From the sequence record SRR31156797_36538: 40,219 nucleotides of DNA. One strand, given 5' to 3'. The notes below the pieces were generated by a model, which saw only the letters and a list, made by a program, of their open reading frames with translations, was not told the DNA's origin and did no database searches. How positions within the stretch are numbered: position 1 is the first letter of the stretch; every line of letters starts with the position of its first letter. The position numbers and the translations under genes were made by a program. Positions 32,470 through 40,219 of this stretch are shown here, in pieces.

Positions 32470-33378
32470 GTGTCAGAACTGTATATACCTGACCAAGGAA
32501 TCATGGAGCAATTTTTAGATACCATGTGGCTAGAGCGTGGCTTATCTGAAAACACGGTGGTTTCTTACCGAAATGATCTTACTAAGCTGTTAGGTTGGAT
32601 GAACGCCAATAACTACCGCTTAGACTACATCAGTTTGTCTGGGTTGCAGGAGTATCAAACTTGGCTATCGGATCAGGATTATAAACAGACTTCACGAGCT
32701 CGGATGTTGTCTGCGATTCGTCGCTTGTTTCAATACTTACACAGAGAAAAGATTCGCAGTGATGATCCAACCGCACTGTTGGTCAGCCCTAAATTGCCGA
32801 AAAGACTGCCGAAAGATCTGACAGAAGAGCAAGTCGAAGCGTTGCTCAATGCGCCTGATTTAAACGATCCAATCGAGTTACGTGACAAGGCTATGCTTGA
32901 GTTGCTTTATGCGACAGGTTTGCGTGTTACAGAACTAATTTCACTGACCACAGAAAACATCAGCCTGCGTCAGGGCGTTGTTCGAGTTATCGGTAAGGGG
33001 GGGAAAGAGCGCCTAGTACCGATGGGAGAAAATGCGGTGGAATGGATTGAAACTTTTTTCCATCAAGGTCGGTCTGAATTATTAGGGCAACAAACTTCGG
33101 ATGTGGTTTTTCCAAGTAAACGAGCGCGACAGATGACCCGACAAACCTTTTGGCATCGGATTAAATACTACGCTGTGATTGCTGGAATCGATGCTGAAAA
33201 GTTATCACCGCACGTGTTGCGTCATGCATTCGCGACCCATTTGTTGAACCATGGCGCGGATTTACGTGTGGTTCAAATGCTTTTGGGGCATAGTGACTTA
33301 TCTACCACACAAATTTATACTCATGTTGCCACAGAGCGACTTAAACAAATACATAGTGAGCACCATCCAAGGGCTTAA
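32470..33378 (+). CDS. xerD: Chromosome dimer resolution tyrosine recombinase XerD
   Basis: LYATGLRVTEL, GKGGKER, HVLRHAFATHLL and LGH...STTQIY motifs; xerD-dsbC-recJ operon. Confidence 0.96.
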   Translation: MSELYIPDQGIMEQFLDTMWLERGLSENTVVSYRNDLTKLLGWMNANNYRLDYISLSGLQEYQTWLSDQDYKQTSRARMLSAIRRLFQYLHREKIRSDDPTALLVSPKLPKRLPKDLTEEQVEALLNAPDLNDPIELRDKAMLELLYATGLRVTELISLTTENISLRQGVVRVIGKGGKERLVPMGENAVEWIETFFHQGRSELLGQQTSDVVFPSKRARQMTRQTFWHRIKYYAVIAGIDAEKLSPHVLRHAFATHLLNHGADLRVVQMLLGHSDLSTTQIYTHVATERLKQIHSEHHPRA

Positions 33379-33389
33379 AGGTGATTTTA

Positions 33390-34151
33390 ATGAGCGTATT
33401 ACGCCGAATGACTCTACTGATTCTTCCACTATTAGCGATAGCCAGCTACAGCAATAGTGTGTTTGCTTCCTCACAATCAGGTATTGATAAACAATTATTT
33501 ATTAAAAAATTTGAAAGCCTAGGTATGCCGGTTATTGATGTCGTTCCATCACCAATAGAGGGTTTAGTGGAAGTAAAAACCGAAGGTGGAGTTTTATTTG
33601 CTTCTCCTGACGCGAAACATCTTATTGCTGGTACTTTATATGAGCTAAGTGAAGATGGTTCCTATGTGGATGTGATGGCAAAACGCCAAGCACCAATCAA
33701 TGCTGAGAAGATTGCTCAGTTCCAAGACAGCATGATTGAGTATAAAGCGGATAACGAAAAATATGTTGTAACGGTGTTTACTGATATTACTTGTACCTAC
33801 TGCGTTAAACTTCACCAAAAAATGAGTGAATACAATGCCAAAGGTATTACTGTTCGTTACTTAGCATTTCCTCGCCAAGGCCCAACAGGGCAGGTGGCAG
33901 ACAGCATGGCAAAAGTTTGGTGTGCTGAAGATCCGGCCTCTGCGATGCATAACGCAAAAGTTAAGCGCAGTTTACCCACTGTCGCGGAAGGTAAAGACTT
34001 AGCGCAATGCAAACAAACCATTACAGAACACTTTAAGTTGGGGAATCAACTGGGTGTTAGAGGTACTCCGGCTATTTTCTTAGCCTCTGGCGATATGATT
34101 GGTGGGTTCTTAGAACCCGATCAGCTTGAACAACGCCTCCAACAACAATAA
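33390..34151 (+). CDS. dsbC: Thiol:disulfide isomerase DsbC
   Basis: Signal peptide, VFTDITCTYC, YLAFPR, cis-Pro GTP. Confidence 0.93.
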   Translation: MSVLRRMTLLILPLLAIASYSNSVFASSQSGIDKQLFIKKFESLGMPVIDVVPSPIEGLVEVKTEGGVLFASPDAKHLIAGTLYELSEDGSYVDVMAKRQAPINAEKIAQFQDSMIEYKADNEKYVVTVFTDITCTYCVKLHQKMSEYNAKGITVRYLAFPRQGPTGQVADSMAKVWCAEDPASAMHNAKVKRSLPTVAEGKDLAQCKQTITEHFKLGNQLGVRGTPAIFLASGDMIGGFLEPDQLEQRLQQQ

Positions 34152-34158
34152 CTTCTAG

Positions 34159-34185
34159 CAGGCTTGAGGAAACTCAAGCCTGTTT
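34159..34185 (+). terminator. Hairpin between dsbC and recJ (weak terminator or mRNA stabiliser)
   Basis: CAGGCTTGAG-GAAA-CTCAAGCCTG followed by TTT. Confidence 0.55.
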
Positions 34186-34212
34186 GCATCACACCTCAGA
34201 CTTTAGAACATT

Positions 34213-35952
34213 ATGATTGAAATCCAGCGCCGACCAGAACCTGATCTATCTCTGCTTCCAGACTCGCTTCCTCCTATTTTAAAACGTATCTACCTTAATC
34301 GTGGGGTGACGGATTTAGAGCAGTTGAACAAAGCTGCCAAAGCACTTCATTCGTACCAAAAACTGCATGGTATCGAACAAGCGGTTGAGCTTTTGTATCA
34401 GGCTATTCGAGAGCAGAAACGCATCATCATTGTTGGTGATTTCGATGCTGATGGGGCAACCAGTTCTGCGCTTTCAGTACTCGCGCTTAGAATGCTGGGT
34501 AGTCGTAATGTGGATTATTTGGTACCTAATCGTTTTGAAGATGGCTACGGTTTAAGCCCTGAAGTGGTTGATCAAGCGTTAGCCATCAATGCTGAGATGA
34601 TTGTGACGGTCGACAATGGGGTTTCTTCGATTGAAGGTGTCCGTTACGCCAAGCAGCAAGGTTTGCAGGTTTTAGTGACCGACCATCACCTACCGGGTAG
34701 TGAGCTGCCTGAGGCGGATGCGATGGTCAATCCGAACTTGCAACAATGTGCGTTCCCGTCGAAGTCACTGGCAGGTGTTGGCGTTGCTTTTTATCTGATG
34801 ATGGCGCTTTGTGTTCATATGCGCAAAGTAGGTTACTTTTCAGAACAAGGTATGCAAGAGCCGAAACTGATGGAACTGATTGATTTAGTTGCATTAGGTA
34901 CTGTGGCTGACGTGGTTGCTCTGGATGAGAATAACCGAATTCTGGTTCATCAAGGGTTACAACGAATCCGTGCTGGTTTAGCTCGTCCAGGTATTCAGGC
35001 GCTGATCGAGGTCGCTAAACGCGATGCGAGTAAACTGGTTGCTGCCGACTTTGGTTTTGCGCTTGGCCCTAGAATCAATGCTGCAGGTCGCCTGGATGAT
35101 ATGTCGTTTGGCGTTGAGCTTTTGCTGTGTAACAACATTCATGCGGCACGTCGAATGGCGAGCGAGTTAGATGGCTTGAATCAGACTCGTAAAGATATTG
35201 AAGAGGGAATGAAACAAGAGGCGATGGCCTTTTGTGAGCGTCTTGAGTTTGGTAAAGACAGCGAACTACCGCACGGTTTAGTACTGTTTCAGCGCGATTG
35301 GCATCAAGGTGTCATTGGTATTTTGGCGTCGCGTATTAAAGAGCAGTATCACCGTCCCGTGATTGCTTTCGCTGATGGTGGCGATGGTTTGATCAAAGGT
35401 TCATGTCGTTCTATTCCAGGCCTGCATATGCGCGATGCGTTGGATAAGATCGATACTCAAAACCCAGGCATCATCAAAAAATTTGGTGGTCATGCGATGG
35501 CGGCTGGCCTGACTATCGCTGAGAAAGACTTTGAGCGTTTTTGCCAACTGTTTGATGCCGTTGTTCGCCAAGATCTCGATGACGCATTGCTGAAAGGGAT
35601 TATTCTTACCGATGGCGAGCTCACTCCTGAAGAGTTCTCTATGCATACGGCGGAAACTCTGCGCGCAGGTGGTCCTTGGGGACAAGCGTTCCCTGAACCG
35701 ATGTTTGATGGCGAGTTTAAAGTGCTTCATCAAAAGTTGGTGGGTGAAAAGCATTTGAAATTGATGCTAGAACCGCTGTTTAAAGGTCACCCAACCAATA
35801 TTATGATTGATGGTATCGCCTTTAATGTCGATCTTCGCCGTTGGCCAGATGCGTCAGTGAAAACGGTGCATTTAGCTTACAAGCTAGACATCAACGAATT
35901 TCGTGGAAATCAGTCGTTACAGCTGATGATAGATCACTTAGATGCAAAATAG
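34213..35952 (+). CDS. recJ: ssDNA-specific 5'-3' exonuclease RecJ
   Basis: DHH motifs GDFDADG, VDNG, TDHH; GTVAD; DHHA1 GSCRS and GGHAMAAG. Confidence 0.97.
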   Translation: MIEIQRRPEPDLSLLPDSLPPILKRIYLNRGVTDLEQLNKAAKALHSYQKLHGIEQAVELLYQAIREQKRIIIVGDFDADGATSSALSVLALRMLGSRNVDYLVPNRFEDGYGLSPEVVDQALAINAEMIVTVDNGVSSIEGVRYAKQQGLQVLVTDHHLPGSELPEADAMVNPNLQQCAFPSKSLAGVGVAFYLMMALCVHMRKVGYFSEQGMQEPKLMELIDLVALGTVADVVALDENNRILVHQGLQRIRAGLARPGIQALIEVAKRDASKLVAADFGFALGPRINAAGRLDDMSFGVELLLCNNIHAARRMASELDGLNQTRKDIEEGMKQEAMAFCERLEFGKDSELPHGLVLFQRDWHQGVIGILASRIKEQYHRPVIAFADGGDGLIKGSCRSIPGLHMRDALDKIDTQNPGIIKKFGGHAMAAGLTIAEKDFERFCQLFDAVVRQDLDDALLKGIILTDGELTPEEFSMHTAETLRAGGPWGQAFPEPMFDGEFKVLHQKLVGEKHLKLMLEPLFKGHPTNIMIDGIAFNVDLRRWPDASVKTVHLAYKLDINEFRGNQSLQLMIDHLDAK

Positions 35953-36021
35953 TTTCAATACACAAGTTGAAACGTTGTTTTAATATTTCGATAAAGAAAT
36001 AATTAAATCTCATGGTTAAGC

Positions 36022-36056
36022 AGAATAAAGCAGCTTTCTTGAAGCTGCTTTATTCT
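36022..36056. terminator. Terminator after recJ (potentially bidirectional)
   Basis: Perfect 15-bp stem AGAATAAAGCAGCTT-TCTTG-AAGCTGCTTTATTCT. Confidence 0.8.
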
Positions 36057-36155
36057 TTATATTTTGTGATTTATGTCGATAAAATAGCGTGTAATATTCA
36101 TGAAATATATTAATAACGAGCTCTACTCATAATCCTTCCTCTGTATACACAATGT

Positions 36156-36172
36156 AATTGGTCTTACCATTG
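36156..36172. promoter_or_regulatory. Distal PdhR operator
   Basis: AATTGGT-CTT-ACCATTG, two mismatches to AATTGGT-N3-ACCAATT. Confidence 0.65.
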
Positions 36173-36227
36173 TTATTACTGTAATGACTCATTATTGTTA
36201 ACAAACTGTATGCGCTCGCTGCTTAAT

Positions 36228-36241
36228 ATGATTTAGGTCAA
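36228..36241. promoter_or_regulatory. FNR-like site upstream of the pdhR promoter
   Basis: ATGAT-TTAG-GTCAA versus the consensus TTGAT-N4-ATCAA, just upstream of the -35. Confidence 0.55.
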
Positions 36242-36249
36242 TATTTGAC

Positions 36250-36279
36250 TGGACATTGGCGTTGGAGATATGTTAATTT
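36250..36279 (+). promoter_or_regulatory. sigma70 promoter of pdhR-aceEF
   Basis: -35 TGGACA and extended -10 TG-T-TAATTT, followed by the PdhR operator; layout matches the enterobacterial pdhR promoter as I recall it. Confidence 0.65.
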
Positions 36280-36293
36280 CTTTACCACTTTGA

Positions 36294-36310
36294 AATTGGT
36301 ATTACCAATT
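36294..36310. promoter_or_regulatory. PdhR operator
   Basis: Perfect palindrome AATTGGT-ATT-ACCAATT ending 38 bp before the pdhR start codon. Confidence 0.92.
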
Positions 36311-36347
36311 GTCAGCAAGAACATAAAGAGTAGAAGAATAATAAATT

Positions 36348-37118
36348 ATGGCTTATCAAAGGATTCGTCAGCCGAAACTCTCTGATGTTATCGAACAAGA
36401 GTTGGAACGGCTGATTGTCGAAGGAACTTTGTCTCCGGGACAGCAACTGCCACCAGAACGTGAACTAGCGAAACAGTTTGAAGTTTCTCGTCCTTCAATT
36501 CGAGAAGCTATCCAACGTTTAGAAGCTAAACGTCTGCTTACCCGCCGTCAGGGTGGAGGCACGTTCGTCAGTGAGCATATTTGGAAAAGTTTCTCTGATC
36601 CTCTGCTAAATTTATTGTCTAGTCACTCAGAAACTCAATTAGATTTACTAGAAGCGCGACATGCACTAGAAGGCATTTCTGCTTATTTTGCTGCGTTGCG
36701 TGGTACAGAAGAAGATTTTGCTCGCATTCAAGCCAGTGTGGCAAGAATCGATGAAGTGCAAGATAAGCACGACTTTGAAGCTGAAGCAGCAGCGGTAATG
36801 GAGTTCCTCATTGCGATTACCGAAGCGACACATAACGTTGTTATTCTTCATATCGTTCGTAGCCTTGCGCCTCTACTTGAACAAAACATTCTACAGAATT
36901 TTAAATTACTCCGTCACCGCCCAGAAGCGGTTGAGAAAGTAAACAAGCACAGAGCTAACATTGTGGATGCGATACTTTCTGGCAAGCCAGATATGGCGCG
37001 TGAAATGTCACATTCTCATTTAGCTTATATTGAAGAAACATTGTTGGAACTGACCCGAGAACAGTCTCGTCGTGAGCGTTCTTTACGTCGAATCCAACAG
37101 GGTAATGAGCCGCAATAA
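36348..37118 (+). CDS. pdhR: Pyruvate dehydrogenase complex repressor (GntR/FCD)
   Basis: [34 protein letters not shown]; upstream of aceE. Confidence 0.97.
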   Translation: MAYQRIRQPKLSDVIEQELERLIVEGTLSPGQQLPPERELAKQFEVSRPSIREAIQRLEAKRLLTRRQGGGTFVSEHIWKSFSDPLLNLLSSHSETQLDLLEARHALEGISAYFAALRGTEEDFARIQASVARIDEVQDKHDFEAEAAAVMEFLIAITEATHNVVILHIVRSLAPLLEQNILQNFKLLRHRPEAVEKVNKHRANIVDAILSGKPDMAREMSHSHLAYIEETLLELTREQSRRERSLRRIQQGNEPQ

Positions 37119-37170
37119 GCGGTCCATTGCGATTATAAATAGAATCCAACCAATAGAAGGATAGATCGCC

Positions 37171-39831
37171 ATGTCCGACATGAAGCATGACGTAGATGCA
37201 CTGGAAACTCAGGAGTGGTTAGCTGCACTTGAGTCAGTTGTACGTGAAGAAGGTGTAGAGCGTGCGCAATTCATTCTAGAAGAAGTACTAGAAAAAGCGC
37301 GTTTAGATGGTGTTGATATGCCTACAGGCATCAATACTAACTACATCAATACGATTCCTGCAGATCAAGAACCAGCATACCCGGGTGATACAACGCTTGA
37401 GCGTCGTATTCGCTCTATCATCCGTTGGAACGCAATCATGATCGTTCTACGTGCATCTAAAAAAGATTTAGAGCTAGGCGGCCACATGGCGTCTTTCCAA
37501 TCTTCTGCTGCATTCTACGAGACATGTTTCAACCATTTCTTCCGTGCTCCAAACGAGAAGGATGGCGGTGACTTAGTTTACTACCAAGGTCACATCTCTC
37601 CTGGTATCTATGCTCGCGCATTCGTTGAAGGCCGTCTAACTGCTGAGCAGCTAGATAACTTCCGTCAAGAAGTTGATGGTAAAGGTATCCCTTCATACCC
37701 ACACCCTAAATTGATGCCTGAGTTCTGGCAATTCCCAACAGTATCTATGGGTCTTGGTCCAATCTCTGCAATCTATCAAGCTCGTTTCCTTAAGTACCTA
37801 GACGGTCGTGGCCTGAAAGATACTAAAGAGCAGCGTGTATACGCGTTCTTAGGTGATGGTGAGATGGATGAGCCAGAATCACGTGGTGCTATCTCTTTTG
37901 CTGCGCGTGAGAAACTAGACAACCTATGTTTCCTAATCAACTGTAACCTACAGCGTCTAGACGGCCCTGTAATGGGTAACGGTAGCATCATTCAAGAACT
38001 AGAAGGTCTATTTAAAGGCGCTGGTTGGAACGTTGTTAAAGTTATCTGGGGTAGTAACTGGGATTCTCTATTAGCAAAAGACACGTCTGGTAAGCTTCTT
38101 CAGCTAATGAACGAAACTATCGACGGTGATTACCAAACATTCAAATCTAAAGATGGCGCGTACGTACGTGAGCACTTCTTTGGTAAATACCCAGAAACTG
38201 CTGCACTAGTAGCAGACATGACTGATGACGAAATCTTCGCTCTTAAGCGTGGTGGTCACGATTCTTCTAAACTGTACGCAGCATTCAAGAATGCTCAAGA
38301 AACTGACGGTCGTCCAACTGTAATCCTTGCGAAAACAGTTAAAGGTTACGGCATGGGTGAAGCGGCAGAAGGTAAGAACATCGCGCACCAAGTTAAGAAG
38401 ATGGATATGACTCACGTTCTACACCTACGTGATCGTCTGGGTCTTCAAGACATTCTAACTGACGAAGCAGTGAAAGAACTTCCATACCTAACTTTGGAAG
38501 AAGGTTCAAAAGAACACGAATACTTACACGCTCGTCGTAAAGCGCTACACGGTTACACACCGCAGCGTCTACCAAACTTTACTCAAGAGCTAACAATCCC
38601 AGCGGTTGAAGAGTTCAAACCTCTGCTTGAAGAGCAGAAGCGTGACATCTCTACAACAATGGCCTTTGTTCGTACTCTGAACGTATTGCTAAAAGATAAA
38701 GGCATTGGTAAGAACATCGTTCCTATCATTGCTGATGAAGCGCGTACTTTCGGTATGGAAGGTCTGTTCCGTCAAATTGGTATCTACAACCCGCACGGTC
38801 AGAACTACACACCTCAGGATCGCGACATCGTTTCTTACTATAAAGAAGCAACGTCTGGTCAGGTACTACAAGAAGGTATCAACGAACTGGGTGCTATGTC
38901 TTCATGGGTTGCAGCAGCGACTTCATACTCGACAAACGACCTACCGATGATCCCGTTCTACATCTACTACTCTATGTTCGGTTTCCAACGTGTTGGCGAC
39001 ATGGCATGGATGGCAGGTGACCAACAAGCGCGTGGTTTCCTACTAGGTGCAACAGCAGGTCGTACTACGCTGAACGGTGAAGGTCTACAGCACGAAGATG
39101 GTCACTCTCACATCATGGCGAACACAGTACCGAACTGTATCTCTTACGACCCAACCTTCGCTTACGAAGTTGCGGTAATCATGCAAGACGGTATCCGTCG
39201 TATGTATGGTGAGCAAGAGAACGTTTACTACTACTTGACGTTAATGAATGAGAACTACGCAATGCCAGCAATGCCAGAAGGCGCTGAAGAAGGCATTCGT
39301 AAAGGTATCTACAAGCTAGAAACTTACACAGGTTCTAAAGGTAAGGTTCAGCTAATGAGCTCAGGTACTATCATGAATGAAGTACGTAAAGCGGCTCAAA
39401 TCCTAAGCGATGACTACGGTATTGCATCTGACGTTTACTCTGTAACTTCATTCAACGAAGTCACTCGTGACGGTCAAGCGGTAGAGCGTTTCAACATGCT
39501 TCACCCTGAAGCGGAAGCACAAGTTCCTTACATTCAAACTGTAATGGGTACTGAGCCTGCAATCGCTGCAACTGACTACATGAAGAACTACGCAGAGCAA
39601 GTACGTGCGTTTATCCCAGCTGAGTCATTTAAAGTACTAGGTACTGATGGCTTCGGTCGTTCAGACAGCCGTGAAAACCTACGTCGTCACTTCGAAGTGA
39701 ACGCAGGTTACGTTGTGGTTGCAGCGCTAAGCGAACTAGCAAAACGTGGTGATGTTGAGAAATCTGTTGTTGTTGAAGCAATCAAGAAGTTCGACATCGA
39801 CACAGAGAAAACAAACCCGCTATACGCTTAA
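37171..39831 (+). CDS. aceE: Pyruvate dehydrogenase E1
   Basis: DVDALETQEW, FPTVSMGLGP, TPP motif GDGEMDE..N, GEGLQH; highly expressed codon bias. Confidence 0.98.
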   Translation: MSDMKHDVDALETQEWLAALESVVREEGVERAQFILEEVLEKARLDGVDMPTGINTNYINTIPADQEPAYPGDTTLERRIRSIIRWNAIMIVLRASKKDLELGGHMASFQSSAAFYETCFNHFFRAPNEKDGGDLVYYQGHISPGIYARAFVEGRLTAEQLDNFRQEVDGKGIPSYPHPKLMPEFWQFPTVSMGLGPISAIYQARFLKYLDGRGLKDTKEQRVYAFLGDGEMDEPESRGAISFAAREKLDNLCFLINCNLQRLDGPVMGNGSIIQELEGLFKGAGWNVVKVIWGSNWDSLLAKDTSGKLLQLMNETIDGDYQTFKSKDGAYVREHFFGKYPETAALVADMTDDEIFALKRGGHDSSKLYAAFKNAQETDGRPTVILAKTVKGYGMGEAAEGKNIAHQVKKMDMTHVLHLRDRLGLQDILTDEAVKELPYLTLEEGSKEHEYLHARRKALHGYTPQRLPNFTQELTIPAVEEFKPLLEEQKRDISTTMAFVRTLNVLLKDKGIGKNIVPIIADEARTFGMEGLFRQIGIYNPHGQNYTPQDRDIVSYYKEATSGQVLQEGINELGAMSSWVAAATSYSTNDLPMIPFYIYYSMFGFQRVGDMAWMAGDQQARGFLLGATAGRTTLNGEGLQHEDGHSHIMANTVPNCISYDPTFAYEVAVIMQDGIRRMYGEQENVYYYLTLMNENYAMPAMPEGAEEGIRKGIYKLETYTGSKGKVQLMSSGTIMNEVRKAAQILSDDYGIASDVYSVTSFNEVTRDGQAVERFNMLHPEAEAQVPYIQTVMGTEPAIAATDYMKNYAEQVRAFIPAESFKVLGTDGFGRSDSRENLRRHFEVNAGYVVVAALSELAKRGDVEKSVVVEAIKKFDIDTEKTNPLYA

Positions 39832-39850
39832 TTGAAGGTAGGAAAGAATA

Positions 39851-40219
39851 ATGGCAATCGAAATTAATGTACCTGACATCGGTGCGGATGAGGTTGAAGT
39901 TACTGAGATTCTTGTCAGCGTAGGCGACAAGGTTGAAGAAGAGCAGTCTCTGATTACAGTAGAAGGCGACAAAGCTTCTATGGAAGTACCCGCTTCTCAA
40001 GCTGGTATTGTAAAAGAAATTAAAATCTCTGAAGGCGATAAAGTAACCACTGGTTCACTTATCATGATCTTCGAAGAAGAAGCGGGCGCTGCTGCGCCTG
40101 CTCCAGCGGCAGAAGCGGCTCCTGCTCCGGCAGCAGCACCTGCAGCAGCTGAGCTTAAAGAAGTTAACGTTCCAGATATCGGTGGCGACGAAGTTGAAGT
40201 GACTGAAATCATGGTTGCT
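39851..40219 (+). CDS. aceF: Pyruvate dehydrogenase E2 (partial, runs off the window)
   Basis: [28 protein letters not shown] lipoyl domain, Ala/Pro linker, start of a second lipoyl domain. Not in the ORF track because it is truncated. Confidence 0.96.
   Translation, partial: MAIEINVPDIGADEVEVTEILVSVGDKVEEEQSLITVEGDKASMEVPASQAGIVKEIKISEGDKVTTGSLIMIFEEEAGAAAPAPAAEAAPAPAAAPAAAELKEVNVPDIGGDEVEVTEIMVA

Noticed and set aside
32470-33378. Tyrosine recombinase as a prophage or island integrase
   Set aside because: It is canonical XerD in the fldB/xerD-dsbC-recJ context, with no att sites or cargo genes.
36065-36080. CRP site TGTGA-TTTATG-TCGAT upstream of pdhR
   Set aside because: The second half-site is weak and it lies far from the pdhR promoter, so sequence alone does not support it.
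40080-40219. GC-rich low-complexity repeat and duplicated sequence at the window end
   Set aside because: This is the normal Ala/Pro linker and tandem lipoyl domain of AceF.

Overview
Core-chromosome segment of a Vibrio species (Vibrionaceae), with about 30 intact housekeeping genes. From recall, the gene order is essentially that of the V. cholerae chromosome I cca-to-aceF region: (eno terminator) <cca | gspA gspB> <SH3 protein <PiT <DUF47 | ygiF(CYTH-CHAD)> <K+ channel | MCP> glnE> hldE> <tolC | nudF yqiB cpdA yqiA> parE parC> <yacG zapD coaE pilD pilC pilB pilA <nadC | ampD> <fldB | xerD dsbC recJ> pdhR aceE aceF(partial)>. I found no transposase, prophage, CRISPR, rRNA or tRNA. The unexplained signal is non-coding. 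(1) Downstream of cca are two oppositely oriented Y-shaped elements with invariant CATCCATG/CATGGATG hairpin cores and fully covarying stems; the cores match the CsrA-site pattern. (2) A multi-branched structure sits directly before the PiT phosphate transporter RBS. (3) A second PdhR box precedes a divergent SD plus six-codon ORF that ends at a strong terminator upstream of pdhR.
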